Shown here: positions 27,925-36,313 of the stretch, one piece after another
Layout of the letters: every line of letters begins with the position of its first letter
Position numbering within the stretch: position 1 is the stretch's first letter
Source: a virus
Lineage: Duplodnaviria > Caudoviricetes
Length of the DNA: 39,852 bases
IMG/VR virus record: IMGVR_UViG_3300029442_000012
Coordinates: 1 to 39,852 of that record
Strand: one strand, 5' to 3'
The notes under the pieces: model-generated
The model's database searches: none
What the model was told of the DNA's origin: nothing
What the model saw: the letters and a program-made list of their open reading frames with translations, nothing else
Program-made: the position numbers and the translations under genes

Positions 27925-29361
27925 CTATGCTTTCTTGGCGGCGGATAGGCCGGCGTAGAAGTCGATGACGGATGTATTGCTCACGCAAACCTTCGCGAAC
28001 GCCCTACTCAGCGCGTCCACTTGGTCATCATGCTTGCCGGCTGGAAACACCGACATCTCACCGAGCAAATCCCGGTTCCACGGCGCCTTGAGCATCCGCA
28101 CATTACCCGCCTCAACCTGAGCGGCGAGCGGCGCGGCGCGTGTGGCCTTGTCTCCGGTCTCCGGCGTCGTCTCGACCACGTAACCGGCCAGCATCCGTAC
28201 GAACGCTTGGGCCTGTGCTTTGCCGGCCTGCCCTGGGTCTTGCGGTAGGCTGATCGAAACACCCGCGCCATGCTCGGCCCGGTCTCGTGCCGCCGTGTTG
28301 GCGATGGCGCGCTCAACATCCAGCGGCGAACCGCGCAGCCGGACAATATCGGCGATGTAGATCACGCCCGCCGTGTCCCGGCCGACAAGCGCCCCAACAG
28401 TCCAGTCCGGGTCATTGGTCCCGAGTTGCGCCGTCGCGGCCAAATCCCAGCCGCGAGCGAACTTCAACCCGGCCGGCAACGCGTCAACCGGCGTGATCCG
28501 CTCCGGCTTGAACAGCACGCCTTCGACCGGGGCCGGGCGTTGCTGGTACAGGGCTGACCACTCTCGGACGCCGATGGTGCGCTCGATCTCCCGGAGCCGC
28601 TCAAGCGGGTATTGCTCAGGCCACAGAGCCTCGCCAACGTCACTGATCGCCGGCATATCGATAACGGTCCAGTCCTCGTGTTGATGGTCCCTAAGAAGCC
28701 AGCCGGTTAGGTCGTCCTCATGCCAGCGGGTGGCTATAATAACAACCGCGCCTCCGGGCATAAGCCGAGTGTAGGCAACCGATGCGTACCAGTCCCGCAA
28801 ATGCTTGCGGATGATTTCACTGTCGGCGTCTTCGCGACTTTTCAGGGGATCATCTATCAGAAGCAAGTGTGCGCCGCGCCCAGTAATTGGGCCGCCCGCG
28901 CCAACCGAGAAGTATGATCCACCGGATACCGTGCTGAACCTGCGAACGCTTGTGCTGTCTTTCGCAAGCATGGATTTCGGGAACAACGCGCCGTAGCTGG
29001 GGTCCGCCATGGTATTGCGGACTTTTCGCCCGATGTCGTCGGCAAACTCTTGCGCGTATGTCGCGGAGATCACGTACTTGTCAGGGTTGCGCCCAAGATA
29101 CCATGCCGGAAACGTCTCGGATACCAGATGCGACTTACCGTGTCTCGGCGGCATGGCAACAATGAGCCGCTTGATGTCTCCGCGTTCTACCGCTTCCAGC
29201 GCCCGCGCCAGCTTTTGCAAGTGACGCGGCGCGCGAAACCTTCCGCAGTGGGCGAATCCGGCAAATGGAACCAACTGCTCTTGCGCGGCCATGATCGCGA
29301 GAGCGTCACGGTTCGCGGCCAACTCCGCCGCCATCGTCTCGATTATCGCGGTGGCGCCCAC
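27925..29361 (-). CDS. terL: Terminase large subunit
   Basis: Walker A 'PPRHGKS', Walker B 'LLIDDP', 'TRWHEDDL', nuclease motifs 'WDLAAT' and 'HDDQVDA'. Confidence 0.95.
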   Translation of the reverse strand: MGATAIIETMAAELAANRDALAIMAAQEQLVPFAGFAHCGRFRAPRHLQKLARALEAVERGDIKRLIVAMPPRHGKSHLVSETFPAWYLGRNPDKYVISATYAQEFADDIGRKVRNTMADPSYGALFPKSMLAKDSTSVRRFSTVSGGSYFSVGAGGPITGRGAHLLLIDDPLKSREDADSEIIRKHLRDWYASVAYTRLMPGGAVVIIATRWHEDDLTGWLLRDHQHEDWTVIDMPAISDVGEALWPEQYPLERLREIERTIGVREWSALYQQRPAPVEGVLFKPERITPVDALPAGLKFARGWDLAATAQLGTNDPDWTVGALVGRDTAGVIYIADIVRLRGSPLDVERAIANTAARDRAEHGAGVSISLPQDPGQAGKAQAQAFVRMLAGYVVETTPETGDKATRAAPLAAQVEAGNVRMLKAPWNRDLLGEMSVFPAGKHDDQVDALSRAFAKVCVSNTSVIDFYAGLSAAKKA

Positions 29362-29774
29362 TACTCGGCTTTCGACGCGGCCATTTCGATGGCGAGAGTT
29401 AGTGCCGCTTGGCGTTGCTCGGGCGAACCAACATCAACATGAATCGGCCCCGCCTCATCGCTGCCCCCATGGCGCAATTCCTGCGGCGGCTCTTTCCAGC
29501 GGGCGCGCGTCTTGAGCCAGAAGATTTGCGCCGTGACGTTATTGCCCTCGGTGGCGTTCTTGTAGAGCGAGCCTGCAACGCGGGCGTTGGCCTTGGTCGT
29601 GCCGGTGTCCAGTTCATGTCGGAAGTTATTCGCCAGCGTCTGCTCGTCGATTTTCCGGCCCGATTCCGGGTTGATGATCATGGCGCAGATGTCCGCCTGG
29701 GGGATGCCATAGGCGGATAGCTGCTCGACCAGCTTCCGGTGTTCAGGGGTGGGGCGGAAGGGTTTGCGGGGCAT
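29361..29774 (-). CDS. terS: Terminase small subunit
   Basis: N-terminal HTH-like segment, 'NARVAGSLYKNAT.GNVTAQIFWLKTRARW'; coupled to terL. Confidence 0.85.
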   Translation of the reverse strand: MPRKPFRPTPEHRKLVEQLSAYGIPQADICAMIINPESGRKIDEQTLANNFRHELDTGTTKANARVAGSLYKNATEGNNVTAQIFWLKTRARWKEPPQELRHGGSDEAGPIHVDVGSPEQRQAALTLAIEMAASKAE

Positions 29775-29922
29775 GGTTGCTGTCCGGAATGGGTCTGCTG
29801 GCGATCACGCCATAAGCCGCGTGCGGGCCGCGCTGTGGGGTAATCGTCCAGCCGTCGTCGAGGTAGCGTTGCTGGTCGGCGTAGCTGATGTAGCGGCACT
29901 CGGTGATGTCACCGGCCGGCAT
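29743..29922 (-). CDS. Small hypothetical protein (copy 1 of duplicated peptide)
   Basis: MPAGDITECRYISYADQQRYLDDGW...GPHAAYGVIA; paralogous to the 31451-31557 segment, with mostly synonymous changes. Confidence 0.55.
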   Translation of the reverse strand: MPAGDITECRYISYADQQRYLDDGWTITPQRGPHAAYGVIASRPIPDSNHAPQTLPPHP

Positions 29923-31557
29923 TCTTGATCTCGTCGAACGTGCGGCCATCGGACTCAAGTTTAGCCAGTTGCCCGCTGAACTGTTGGAACCGACGAACGG
30001 CAACGTCAACGTATTCCGGGGCCAGTTCGCAGCCGTAGCAACTGCGGCCGTTTTTCTGGGCGCTGATAAGCTGCGTGCCGCTGCCCATAAACGGCTCGTA
30101 TATCAAGTCGTCTGGATCGCTGAATGCTGTCATCATCTCCGAAACGAGATCGACTGGAAACACTGCCGGATGCGCAGTCTCAATCCCACGCGCTTTGTGG
30201 CGCATCACTCGGACGACGCTATCTGGTATCTTCCTGTCTTGGACGTTCTTCCCGATGGCTGTATATCCACCGACTTTCCCGTCTTTCCCTCGCATCCCAG
30301 TCCCGTGGTTGGCGGAACCAGCGTGCTTCGACTCTTTCGTCTTCCGCGCTTTCTCAGCCACGCGGTTGAAGTGGAAGATGAACTCGTGCGATGGCGCTAG
30401 TCGGCCATTCCAATCGCCGGGCAGTCCCGGACCCTGATCCCAGACGTACCAGCCGAAGCGGCGATATCCGGCGGTCCTCATCCACTCGACCCAGCCGTCC
30501 CAATAGGGCATCCACTCGCCATCGCGGTGGACGAGCCCGAGATTTACCAAGACTTGAGCTTCGTGCTTGACCGGTAGGATTGAGAACACGCCCTGCATCA
30601 GAGCATCCCAATCGTTGATCCCGCCGGATTTGTAGTCGCGCTGTTGCGCGTAGGGCGGGGACGTGAAACACAGATCGGCTTGTTTGCCCAACATCAGCTT
30701 TTCGATAACGTCGGCGCTTGTGCTATCGCCGCACACGATCCGATGCCTCCCGAGCACCCAGACATCGCCGAGCACGCTAACCGGGTCGGCCGGCGTCTCC
30801 GGCGTGTCATCGGGGTCAGTCAGCCCCTCAGTCTCTTCCGCCAGCAACTCAGCAATCTCGTCGCCGTCGAAACCGGTCAGTTCGAGATCGAACCCCTCGG
30901 CTTGTAGCTCGCCCAACTCCAGCGCCAGCAGTTCGTCGTCCCACTCAGCCCAGTTTGCCGACTTGTTCGCCAGCAGGCGGAACGCTTTGATCTGCGCGTC
31001 GGTTAAGTCATCAGCGAGTGCAACCGGAACAGTCTCAAGCCCGAGTTTTCTTGCTGCCTTCAGTCGCAAGTGGCCGTCGACCACGGTGCCGTCCGACTTT
31101 GCCACCACCGGGATACGAAAGCCGAACTCACGAATAGCGGCGCACATCTTGTCAACGACAGCATCGTTCTTGCGCGGATTGCGGGCGTAGTCTACCAGTT
31201 TATCGGTCGGCCACTGTTCTACGCGCAATTCAGTGTTCATAGTTCCGATTTTTCCTATTTTATCCCAAAAACCGGCGCCACAACCGACCACAGCCCATTC
31301 CCCAGCGCCCCGATCACCAGGTCTCCGACGAGGTACAGCACCGTCCCGACCATCGCCGCGCTGACAGTAATCGTGTACTGCCGGCGATGCGCCTGGACGT
31401 GCCGCACGACGCGGCGCTTGCGGGTCTCGGTCATCGGTATTTCCCTGGTCGCGATCACGCCGTAAGCTGCATGAGGTCCGGTTTGGGGCATCAGTTCCCA
31501 ACCGTCATCGAGATAGCGTTGCTGGTCGGCGTAGCTGATATAGCGATGCTCGGTTAT
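29801..31557. repeat. 107-bp imperfect direct repeats (29801-29907 and 31451-31557)
   Basis: Gapless hand alignment gives 24 mismatches in 107 nt (~78% identity); the repeats flank the ParB-MTase. Confidence 0.85.
29909..31240 (-). CDS. ParB-like N-terminal domain plus N4/N6 DNA methyltransferase (beta order)
   Basis: 'YARNPRKN..IREFGF..P..VDGHLRLKAA'; catalytic 'TSPPY'; 'HPAVFP'; SAM-binding 'EPFMGSGT'. Confidence 0.92.
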   Translation of the reverse strand: MNTELRVEQWPTDKLVDYARNPRKNDAVVDKMCAAIREFGFRIPVVAKSDGTVVDGHLRLKAARKLGLETVPVALADDLTDAQIKAFRLLANKSANWAEWDDELLALELGELQAEGFDLELTGFDGDEIAELLAEETEGLTDPDDTPETPADPVSVLGDVWVLGRHRIVCGDSTSADVIEKLMLGKQADLCFTSPPYAQQRDYKSGGINDWDALMQGVFSILPVKHEAQVLVNLGLVHRDGEWMPYWDGWVEWMRTAGYRRFGWYVWDQGPGLPGDWNGRLAPSHEFIFHFNRVAEKARKTKESKHAGSANHGTGMRGKDGKVGGYTAIGKNVQDRKIPDSVVRVMRHKARGIETAHPAVFPVDLVSEMMTAFSDPDDLIYEPFMGSGTQLISAQKNGRSCYGCELAPEYVDVAVRRFQQFSGQLAKLESDGRTFDEIKNAGR

Positions 31558-31605
31558 TTTCTCCCGCCCACCGAACCCAGCCTCTGATTCGTTCTTTAAC
31601 ATCAT
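31255..31605 (-). CDS. Hypothetical protein: copy 2 of the duplicated peptide plus a C-terminal TM segment
   Basis: ITEHRYISYADQQRYLDDGW... in frame with a hydrophobic C-terminus; start uncertain because it overlaps the upstream ORF. Confidence 0.5.
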   Translation of the reverse strand: MMLKNESEAGFGGREKITEHRYISYADQQRYLDDGWELMPQTGPHAAYGVIATREIPMTETRKRRVVRHVQAHRRQYTITVSAAMVGTVLYLVGDLVIGALGNGLWSVVAPVFGIK

Positions 31606-31948
31606 CTATATTGGCCGGTTTCCATCTACTCATCTTGCCAGAATGAAAAACGGCATACCTCTCGATTTTCATGGTTTCGGGATCGCCAACAATCACGAAG
31701 ACATGCCATGCGGGATTTGATGCCATCCGCTCGTACATGATGGCCTGACCCCGGCCAATATCTCCGCTTATGCTCTGCTTCCACTCAAGAAGGAGGAAGT
31801 TTCCATTCAGTTCGGCAATTCCGTCGATGTCGCCAAAAGCCATGTTTCCGGGAAGACACTCCGCAAAGAGTTCAATCTTTGGGCGCTTCTTGAGATTGAA
31901 ACAGCCCTTGCTGTCGCAATCCCATCGAAGCGGGTTTGCCCGGCCCAT
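31505..31948 (-). CDS. Putative PD-(D/E)xK nuclease-like protein
   Basis: 'GDIDGIAELNGNFLLLEWK...GQ' gives the D...ExK...Q pattern; AGGAG RBS. Confidence 0.55.
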   Translation of the reverse strand: MGRANPLRWDCDSKGCFNLKKRPKIELFAECLPGNMAFGDIDGIAELNGNFLLLEWKQSISGDIGRGQAIMYERMASNPAWHVFVIVGDPETMKIERYAVFHSGKMSRWKPANIDDVKERIRGWVRWAGENNRASLYQLRRPATLSR

Positions 31949-31969
31949 GGCCGATGCTCCTGGTGCCGA

Positions 31970-33556
31970 TTACGCCAGCCGCTGCTTTGCCGCGTCAAAG
32001 AACGTCTGGTCGATCTCGAACCCGATGAACCTACGGCCCGACTTCTTCGCTACAGCGGCCGTAGTCCCGACCCCCATGAATCCGTCAAGAACCGTGTCGC
32101 CCGGAACGGTGACGCACTCCATCAGGTGGCGGATCACAGCTTCCGGCTTCTGCGTCGGGTGCAGGCTGGCGCTTTCATCGGCCCGCGCCCCCTGACGCTT
32201 AATCCGCTCTCCACCGCCGCAGATCGGGAAGCGGCGCCAGTTGAATCCGTCTCCGTCCGCATCTCCGGGATAGTTGAATGTTCGCTTGGCTCCCGGCTTC
32301 ACGAACTGGATTGCATAATCCATTGCCGGCATGAAGTCGGCTTGGGTCATGCTTGCGCCGGGATTGGTTCGGCACCAGAAGAACGTGCCCTTGATCTCGA
32401 ACCCGGCCGCCTCAAAGATGTCCTGTGCGACGTTGAAATACCGCTCTCCGACGAACATGAATCCCGTTCCGCCGGGCTTGAGCACTCGCGCGAACGACGC
32501 GGCCCACGCGCTAATCATGCCCTTGAACTCAGCATGGTCGACATTGTCCCATGCGCCGAAATTTTTCTCGATGTTGGCGCCGTCAGTCCGCGTATAGGTT
32601 CGATCCTGGCTAATGTTGTACGGCGGATCGGTGATGATGGCGTCGATTGATCCAGACGGCAACTTCTCGATTTCCTGAGCGAAATCGCCTCGTATCAAAG
32701 TGATCGCGTGCAGCTTTTTGTGTGCATCGCGCTTCGCTTCAACTAGTTTCCCGAGCCGCGCCCCCGATCCGCTTGCGGCCTTCCATTCGTCGTCATAGAT
32801 GCCCTTGGCGACTTCGGCGAGGGCACCATCAAGGATATCAGCATCAACCGCCGACAGTTCCTTGCGTACCCAGTCCGTCGCCTCGTTTCGCGACTTCAGG
32901 TTCTCGGCCTGCGTCTTGAACTGGGACTTCTTGATATGGCCGGCGGCGAGGCGGGTGACGAGGTCGAGTTGCTGGGCTGGGGTGAGGGCGAGGATCGATC
33001 GGAGAAGGTTCTCAGAGAATGTGCCGTCCGTCACATTGGCTGTGACGCCATCTTCCCCCGAGGTTGTGACGGACCTTACAGCCGTCGTCACAACATCCCA
33101 CGCGCTTACCGAAATCGCTTTCATGGCCGCGAACTTGGCGATGGCGTCCCGACTCTTCCCCAACTCATCCGCCACTGCCTGCTGTGTCTGGCCGGCGTCC
33201 AGTTTGCGCCATACCAGCTCGGCGATGTCCACGAAGGTGTTCGGCAGAGCGTCGGCGCTCGCGTCGTTATCCTCGATGGCGGCTCGGTCCAGGCTCTCCG
33301 GCTCGGGGGCGATGAACATTGGGACTTCGGAAAGCCCCAGTTCAAGCGCTACCTCATAGCGATGATTGCCGGCCCAGAGCTTGCCTTCGGCCGTCACGCA
33401 AAGCGGATGCTGCGCAAGAAAGCCGATGCGCTCGATCTTCGCCTTCACGGCCGCTTTGTGGGCGGCGTTTACCGGCCGAACCATGTGGCGGCTGGTAACA
33501 AAGGAAATCGAACGCAGCATGGTATTCTCCGCAGATGCGGCGTTGGTCGTGGTCAT
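31970..33556 (-). CDS. ParB-like + HTH + N6/N4 DNA methyltransferase
   Basis: 'LWAGNHRYEVA' (ParB box), 'TQQAVADELGKSRDAIA' (HTH), 'ITDPPYN', 'HPTQKPE', 'DGFMGVGTT'; GAAGGAG RBS. Confidence 0.9.
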   Translation of the reverse strand: MTTTNAASAENTMLRSISFVTSRHMVRPVNAAHKAAVKAKIERIGFLAQHPLCVTAEGKLWAGNHRYEVALELGLSEVPMFIAPEPESLDRAAIEDNDASADALPNTFVDIAELVWRKLDAGQTQQAVADELGKSRDAIAKFAAMKAISVSAWDVVTTAVRSVTTSGEDGVTANVTDGTFSENLLRSILALTPAQQLDLVTRLAAGHIKKSQFKTQAENLKSRNEATDWVRKELSAVDADILDGALAEVAKGIYDDEWKAASGSGARLGKLVEAKRDAHKKLHAITLIRGDFAQEIEKLPSGSIDAIITDPPYNISQDRTYTRTDGANIEKNFGAWDNVDHAEFKGMISAWAASFARVLKPGGTGFMFVGERYFNVAQDIFEAAGFEIKGTFFWCRTNPGASMTQADFMPAMDYAIQFVKPGAKRTFNYPGDADGDGFNWRRFPICGGGERIKRQGARADESASLHPTQKPEAVIRHLMECVTVPGDTVLDGFMGVGTTAAVAKKSGRRFIGFEIDQTFFDAAKQRLA

Positions 33557-33569
33557 GATGTGGTGTCTC

Positions 33570-33700
33570 CTTCGGGGTCCGGAAGCTGCCAAGCCCCGGA
33601 CGCGGACGGGTGCCGCAGGTTAATGCGGCCATCCAGACCCCGAAGAATTTCGGTTGATCTTGACTGGCCGCGTCTATTCGCCACTTGGCAGAGGCGATAG
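33570..33700 (-). promoter_or_regulatory. Structured leader with alternative pairings upstream of the MTase
   Basis: Stem 33570-33579/33636-33645 overlaps the RBS; complementary boxes at 33586-33593/33684-33691 and 33599-33605/33668-33674. Confidence 0.55.
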
Positions 33701-33736
33701 TTCAGAAGGGCGCGTTGGCCCTAGTTCTTTAAAAGG

Positions 33737-33847
33737 TCACGCCCGCCACATCATCGGCACGCCACAGGCGGCGAACGGCGCCAGCCAGAGCGTCGTCATG
33801 ACGGCGAGCGAGCGAAACGCGATTCCGAGAAACGGGTTATCGATCAT
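33737..33847 (-). CDS. Possible 36-aa hydrophobic peptide
   Basis: MIDNPFLGIAFRSLAVMTTLWLAPFAACGVPMMWRA; overlaps the end of the upstream gene. Confidence 0.35.
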   Translation of the reverse strand: MIDNPFLGIAFRSLAVMTTLWLAPFAACGVPMMWRA

Positions 33848-34370
33848 TGAATTGCTCCACCAGCAGCAGCGGCTCGTTGTGCTCGGTCTTGACGAGGTAC
33901 TTCGGCAGCTCAGCACGAAGGTACTTTAGCGCCTCTGGGTTCTGGCAGCCCTTGCAATTTTCCAGGTAGAACTTGGCTTGCGCCAACAGCAGCCGGTATT
34001 GCTCGGTTAGCGCCTCGGACTCATCGAATGCTGCCTCAACCGTCTTGATGTCGGACGACAGCTCTTTGATGCGGCGTTCAAGGTGGATAATCGTGCGCTG
34101 CATCTGGGCAACGCAGGAACCGGCACCGGATGATGCGGCGGTGGCTTCGATCAGCCTGTCTTGGAGTTCCGAAACCTTGTGCTCTAGCTGGTCATTGCGC
34201 CGACGCAGTGACGAGCGGTCTTCCTTCTGTTCGGCGTCAAGTTCCGAACGCCGATCATCGACCTTTATGCGGCTGAAGACCTGCCACAAAAAATACCCGA
34301 TGGCGCCGATGCCACAGACGGCCGTGACGACGGCTTGAATCGTCGGAGAGATATCGGCTTCGCTGAGCAC
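33837..34370 (-). CDS. Single-TM coiled-coil protein
   Basis: GAGGG RBS and GTG 1 nt after the Cache gene stop; N-terminal TM 'IQAVVTAVCGIGAIGYFLWQVF'; long heptad region; CKGC. Confidence 0.7.
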   Translation of the reverse strand: MLSEADISPTIQAVVTAVCGIGAIGYFLWQVFSRIKVDDRRSELDAEQKEDRSSLRRRNDQLEHKVSELQDRLIEATAASSGAGSCVAQMQRTIIHLERRIKELSSDIKTVEAAFDESEALTEQYRLLLAQAKFYLENCKGCQNPEALKYLRAELPKYLVKTEHNEPLLLVEQFNDR

Positions 34371-34371
34371 A

Positions 34372-35061
34372 TCACACCCTCGAATAAAGCCAATCAATCA
34401 GGGCAGAGCCGAGAGCACAGAGCGCGGCGAATAATGACAAAACGAATGAGATGTTGTTCCAAAATTGGATCAGGATATCGTCGATGTACGAACCGGTGCC
34501 GATGTACCAGCCCCATGGTTCGAACGCTGCGGCGTAGCTGACTTTCGGGCGAGCTTTCGGCGATGTGCCTCCAGCATCCCACTGGTACGAGTAGAACCCG
34601 CCGCCATTTCGAGCGACGTTGTAGCCGGCCAGGACGTATTTGACGCCATCTGACGATGTGGCATCGCGTCGGTCAACACCGACCAGATCGGGGCGAACCC
34701 GATTGAACTTCAGCAGGATTTTGCCCGGCTGTGACCGGTAGTCGTAGCCATAGACATAATTGCTTTTGTCGTAGGACATGCTGTCGAGCACGGCGACGGC
34801 GGCTCGTTGCGCGTCGGCTTGGGTGATCTTACCGGCCATCGCGGCGTTGTAGTAGCCCAAGACGGTATTGATGCTGGCTTCGACGAGGTGCTGACTTCCG
34901 TCCATACGAGCCGCGATGGCGGCGTTCTTGATCTCGACCACACCCATCAGGGAGAGCGGCAGCATCAGCATCGCCAGAATGGCGAGAACGACTTGTGACC
35001 GCGTGCGCCCTGTCAGATGCCCGACGAACTCGGGGAAGTGAGCGATGGCGCGTGGCATCAT
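34372..35061 (-). CDS. Stand-alone single Cache (sCache_2-like) sensor, 2 TM, no signalling domain
   Basis: TM1, then 'GKITQADAQRAA..LDSMSY..NYVYGYD...PDLVG.D..D..SSDG...GGGFYSYQW...PKVSYAAAFEPWGWYIGTGSYIDDI', then TM2 and stop. Confidence 0.85.
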   Translation of the reverse strand: MMPRAIAHFPEFVGHLTGRTRSQVVLAILAMLMLPLSLMGVVEIKNAAIAARMDGSQHLVEASINTVLGYYNAAMAGKITQADAQRAAVAVLDSMSYDKSNYVYGYDYRSQPGKILLKFNRVRPDLVGVDRRDATSSDGVKYVLAGYNVARNGGGFYSYQWDAGGTSPKARPKVSYAAAFEPWGWYIGTGSYIDDILIQFWNNISFVLSLFAALCALGSALIDWLYSRV

Positions 35062-35345
35062 TTCCCCCCGTAGACGATAGCCGCGCACTCGGCGACCGTC
35101 AGGCTGCACCGTGTCGACTCGATACTGGCGGGACGGCTGGGGGTGCGAACCGCTCCCGAGCCGAGACGAGGCCGGGTTTCGACGGTGAAGCCGTATTCGT
35201 CCATGATGCCTCGGTGTATCGGTTCCAGCGCCGCCGCGACGTAGCGCTCTGGCGCAGTGGTATTCGGTTCTATCGGTGCCCCAATCCCCAAAGCCCCTTT
35301 CCCCAACCATTCGATTTTATCGAACAGTTCGGGCAGGGCAGGCAC
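35058..35345 (-). CDS. Hypothetical protein
   Basis: Stop overlaps the Cache gene start; start codon uncertain. Confidence 0.4.
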   Translation of the reverse strand: MPALPELFDKIEWLGKGALGIGAPIEPNTTAPERYVAAALEPIHRGIMDEYGFTVETRPRLGSGAVRTPSRPASIESTRCSLTVAECAAIVYGGK

Positions 35346-35641
35346 ATGGCAGCTACGGCGCAGGCCAACGCGCCCGGCTCACCGGGTTCATCGTTGGCTT
35401 TCGGCTCGTTTCGGTACTGGCGCTGTCGCCGCTCGGCTGTGTGCGCGATCCCTGGCCCGCTGAGGGCTGGATTGGCGCCGTCGAGTTGCACGACAGCATA
35501 CCGGCCTCGTCACCGGCTTTGCCGACTCAGGATGCACCCCATGTCGGACACGAAGAGGGCCACCCGCTACGCAGTTAGCCCCCATTGCGGATAACCGGCG
35601 CCGGATATCACGGCGTTGGTCCGGTCAGGGCCGCAGACACG

Positions 35642-35676
35642 AAAAGCCCGCCTCGGGGATGGCCGGGCGGGGCTTC
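35642..35676 (-). terminator. Terminator at the start of the late operon (tR'-like position)
   Basis: GAAGCCCCGCCCGG-CCATCC-CCGAGGCGGGCTTTTC. Confidence 0.7.
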
Positions 35677-35774
35677 ACTGACAACAAGTTCAGCATCTAT
35701 TTCGACGGTTATCACGATGGTTAGCGCGGCGTCAAGGGGAAAAGCGCAGCGGGTAGGGGCGCGGATTATTTCGT

Positions 35775-35821
35775 TGACGCGTTATTTTCCTGTTGACGGC
35801 GGTGTGATGACGCGTTACAGT
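35775..35821 (+). promoter_or_regulatory. Sigma70-like promoter with two TGACGCGTTA boxes
   Basis: TTGACG(35793)-17-TACAGT(35816); identical 10-mers at 35775 and 35808. Confidence 0.7.
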
Positions 35822-35868
35822 TAGAACATCAAGACGGCGGGAACGCCACCAACCAACGGAGACGAACG

Positions 35869-36087
35869 ATGAAAACCACCTCTCGCATGTACTGCGGCCG
35901 GTTCGAGTTCACCACTTCCCAGATTATTGATGGCGACCTGCTTTGCGGAGTTGGCGATACGGCAGAGGATAGCGCCAATGAGTTTAAGCGTTGCTTGGCT
36001 GACGGGCGCAAGCGGATCGATGGGAGCGCCTATTTCCGTCGCGCCGCCTACCGGAACGACTATCTCGACCATAACATTGCCGCCTAA
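35869..36087 (+). CDS. Small hypothetical protein
   Basis: GGAGA RBS; first gene behind the promoter; followed by the hairpin GCGGCCC-TTCG-GGGCCGC. Confidence 0.7.
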   Translation: MKTTSRMYCGRFEFTTSQIIDGDLLCGVGDTAEDSANEFKRCLADGRKRIDGSAYFRRAAYRNDYLDHNIAA

Positions 36088-36133
36088 CACCAACAGCGGC
36101 CCTTCGGGGCCGCATTCACCACGGAGACAGACA

Positions 36134-36313
36134 ATGCGCCAAGTTTTCCTCGCCCACCTCGACGTTTGTGCCGATACCGCCCGCAAGTCATGGATCGTCA
36201 TCGACCAGCAAGGCAACTTTTGCGCCGGCTCATACCGGACCCGCGCCGAAGCTGAGAAGCGCGCCGCTCACATGCAGAAGTGCGAAGACTGGGCGATGGG
36301 CGTAGCAGCTTGA
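36134..36313 (+). CDS. Small hypothetical protein
   Basis: GGAGA RBS; 'WIVIDQQG...YRTRAEAE'. Confidence 0.65.
   Translation: MRQVFLAHLDVCADTARKSWIVIDQQGNFCAGSYRTRAEAEKRAAHMQKCEDWAMGVAA

Noticed and set aside
29801-31557. Repeats as att sites, IS ends or a DGR TR/VR pair
   Set aside because: Mismatches are mainly synonymous and not adenine-specific; no integrase or transposase nearby.
33650-35700. tRNA genes or a CRISPR array in the late leader
   Set aside because: No cloverleaf with a T-loop GTTC and no regularly spaced repeats seen.
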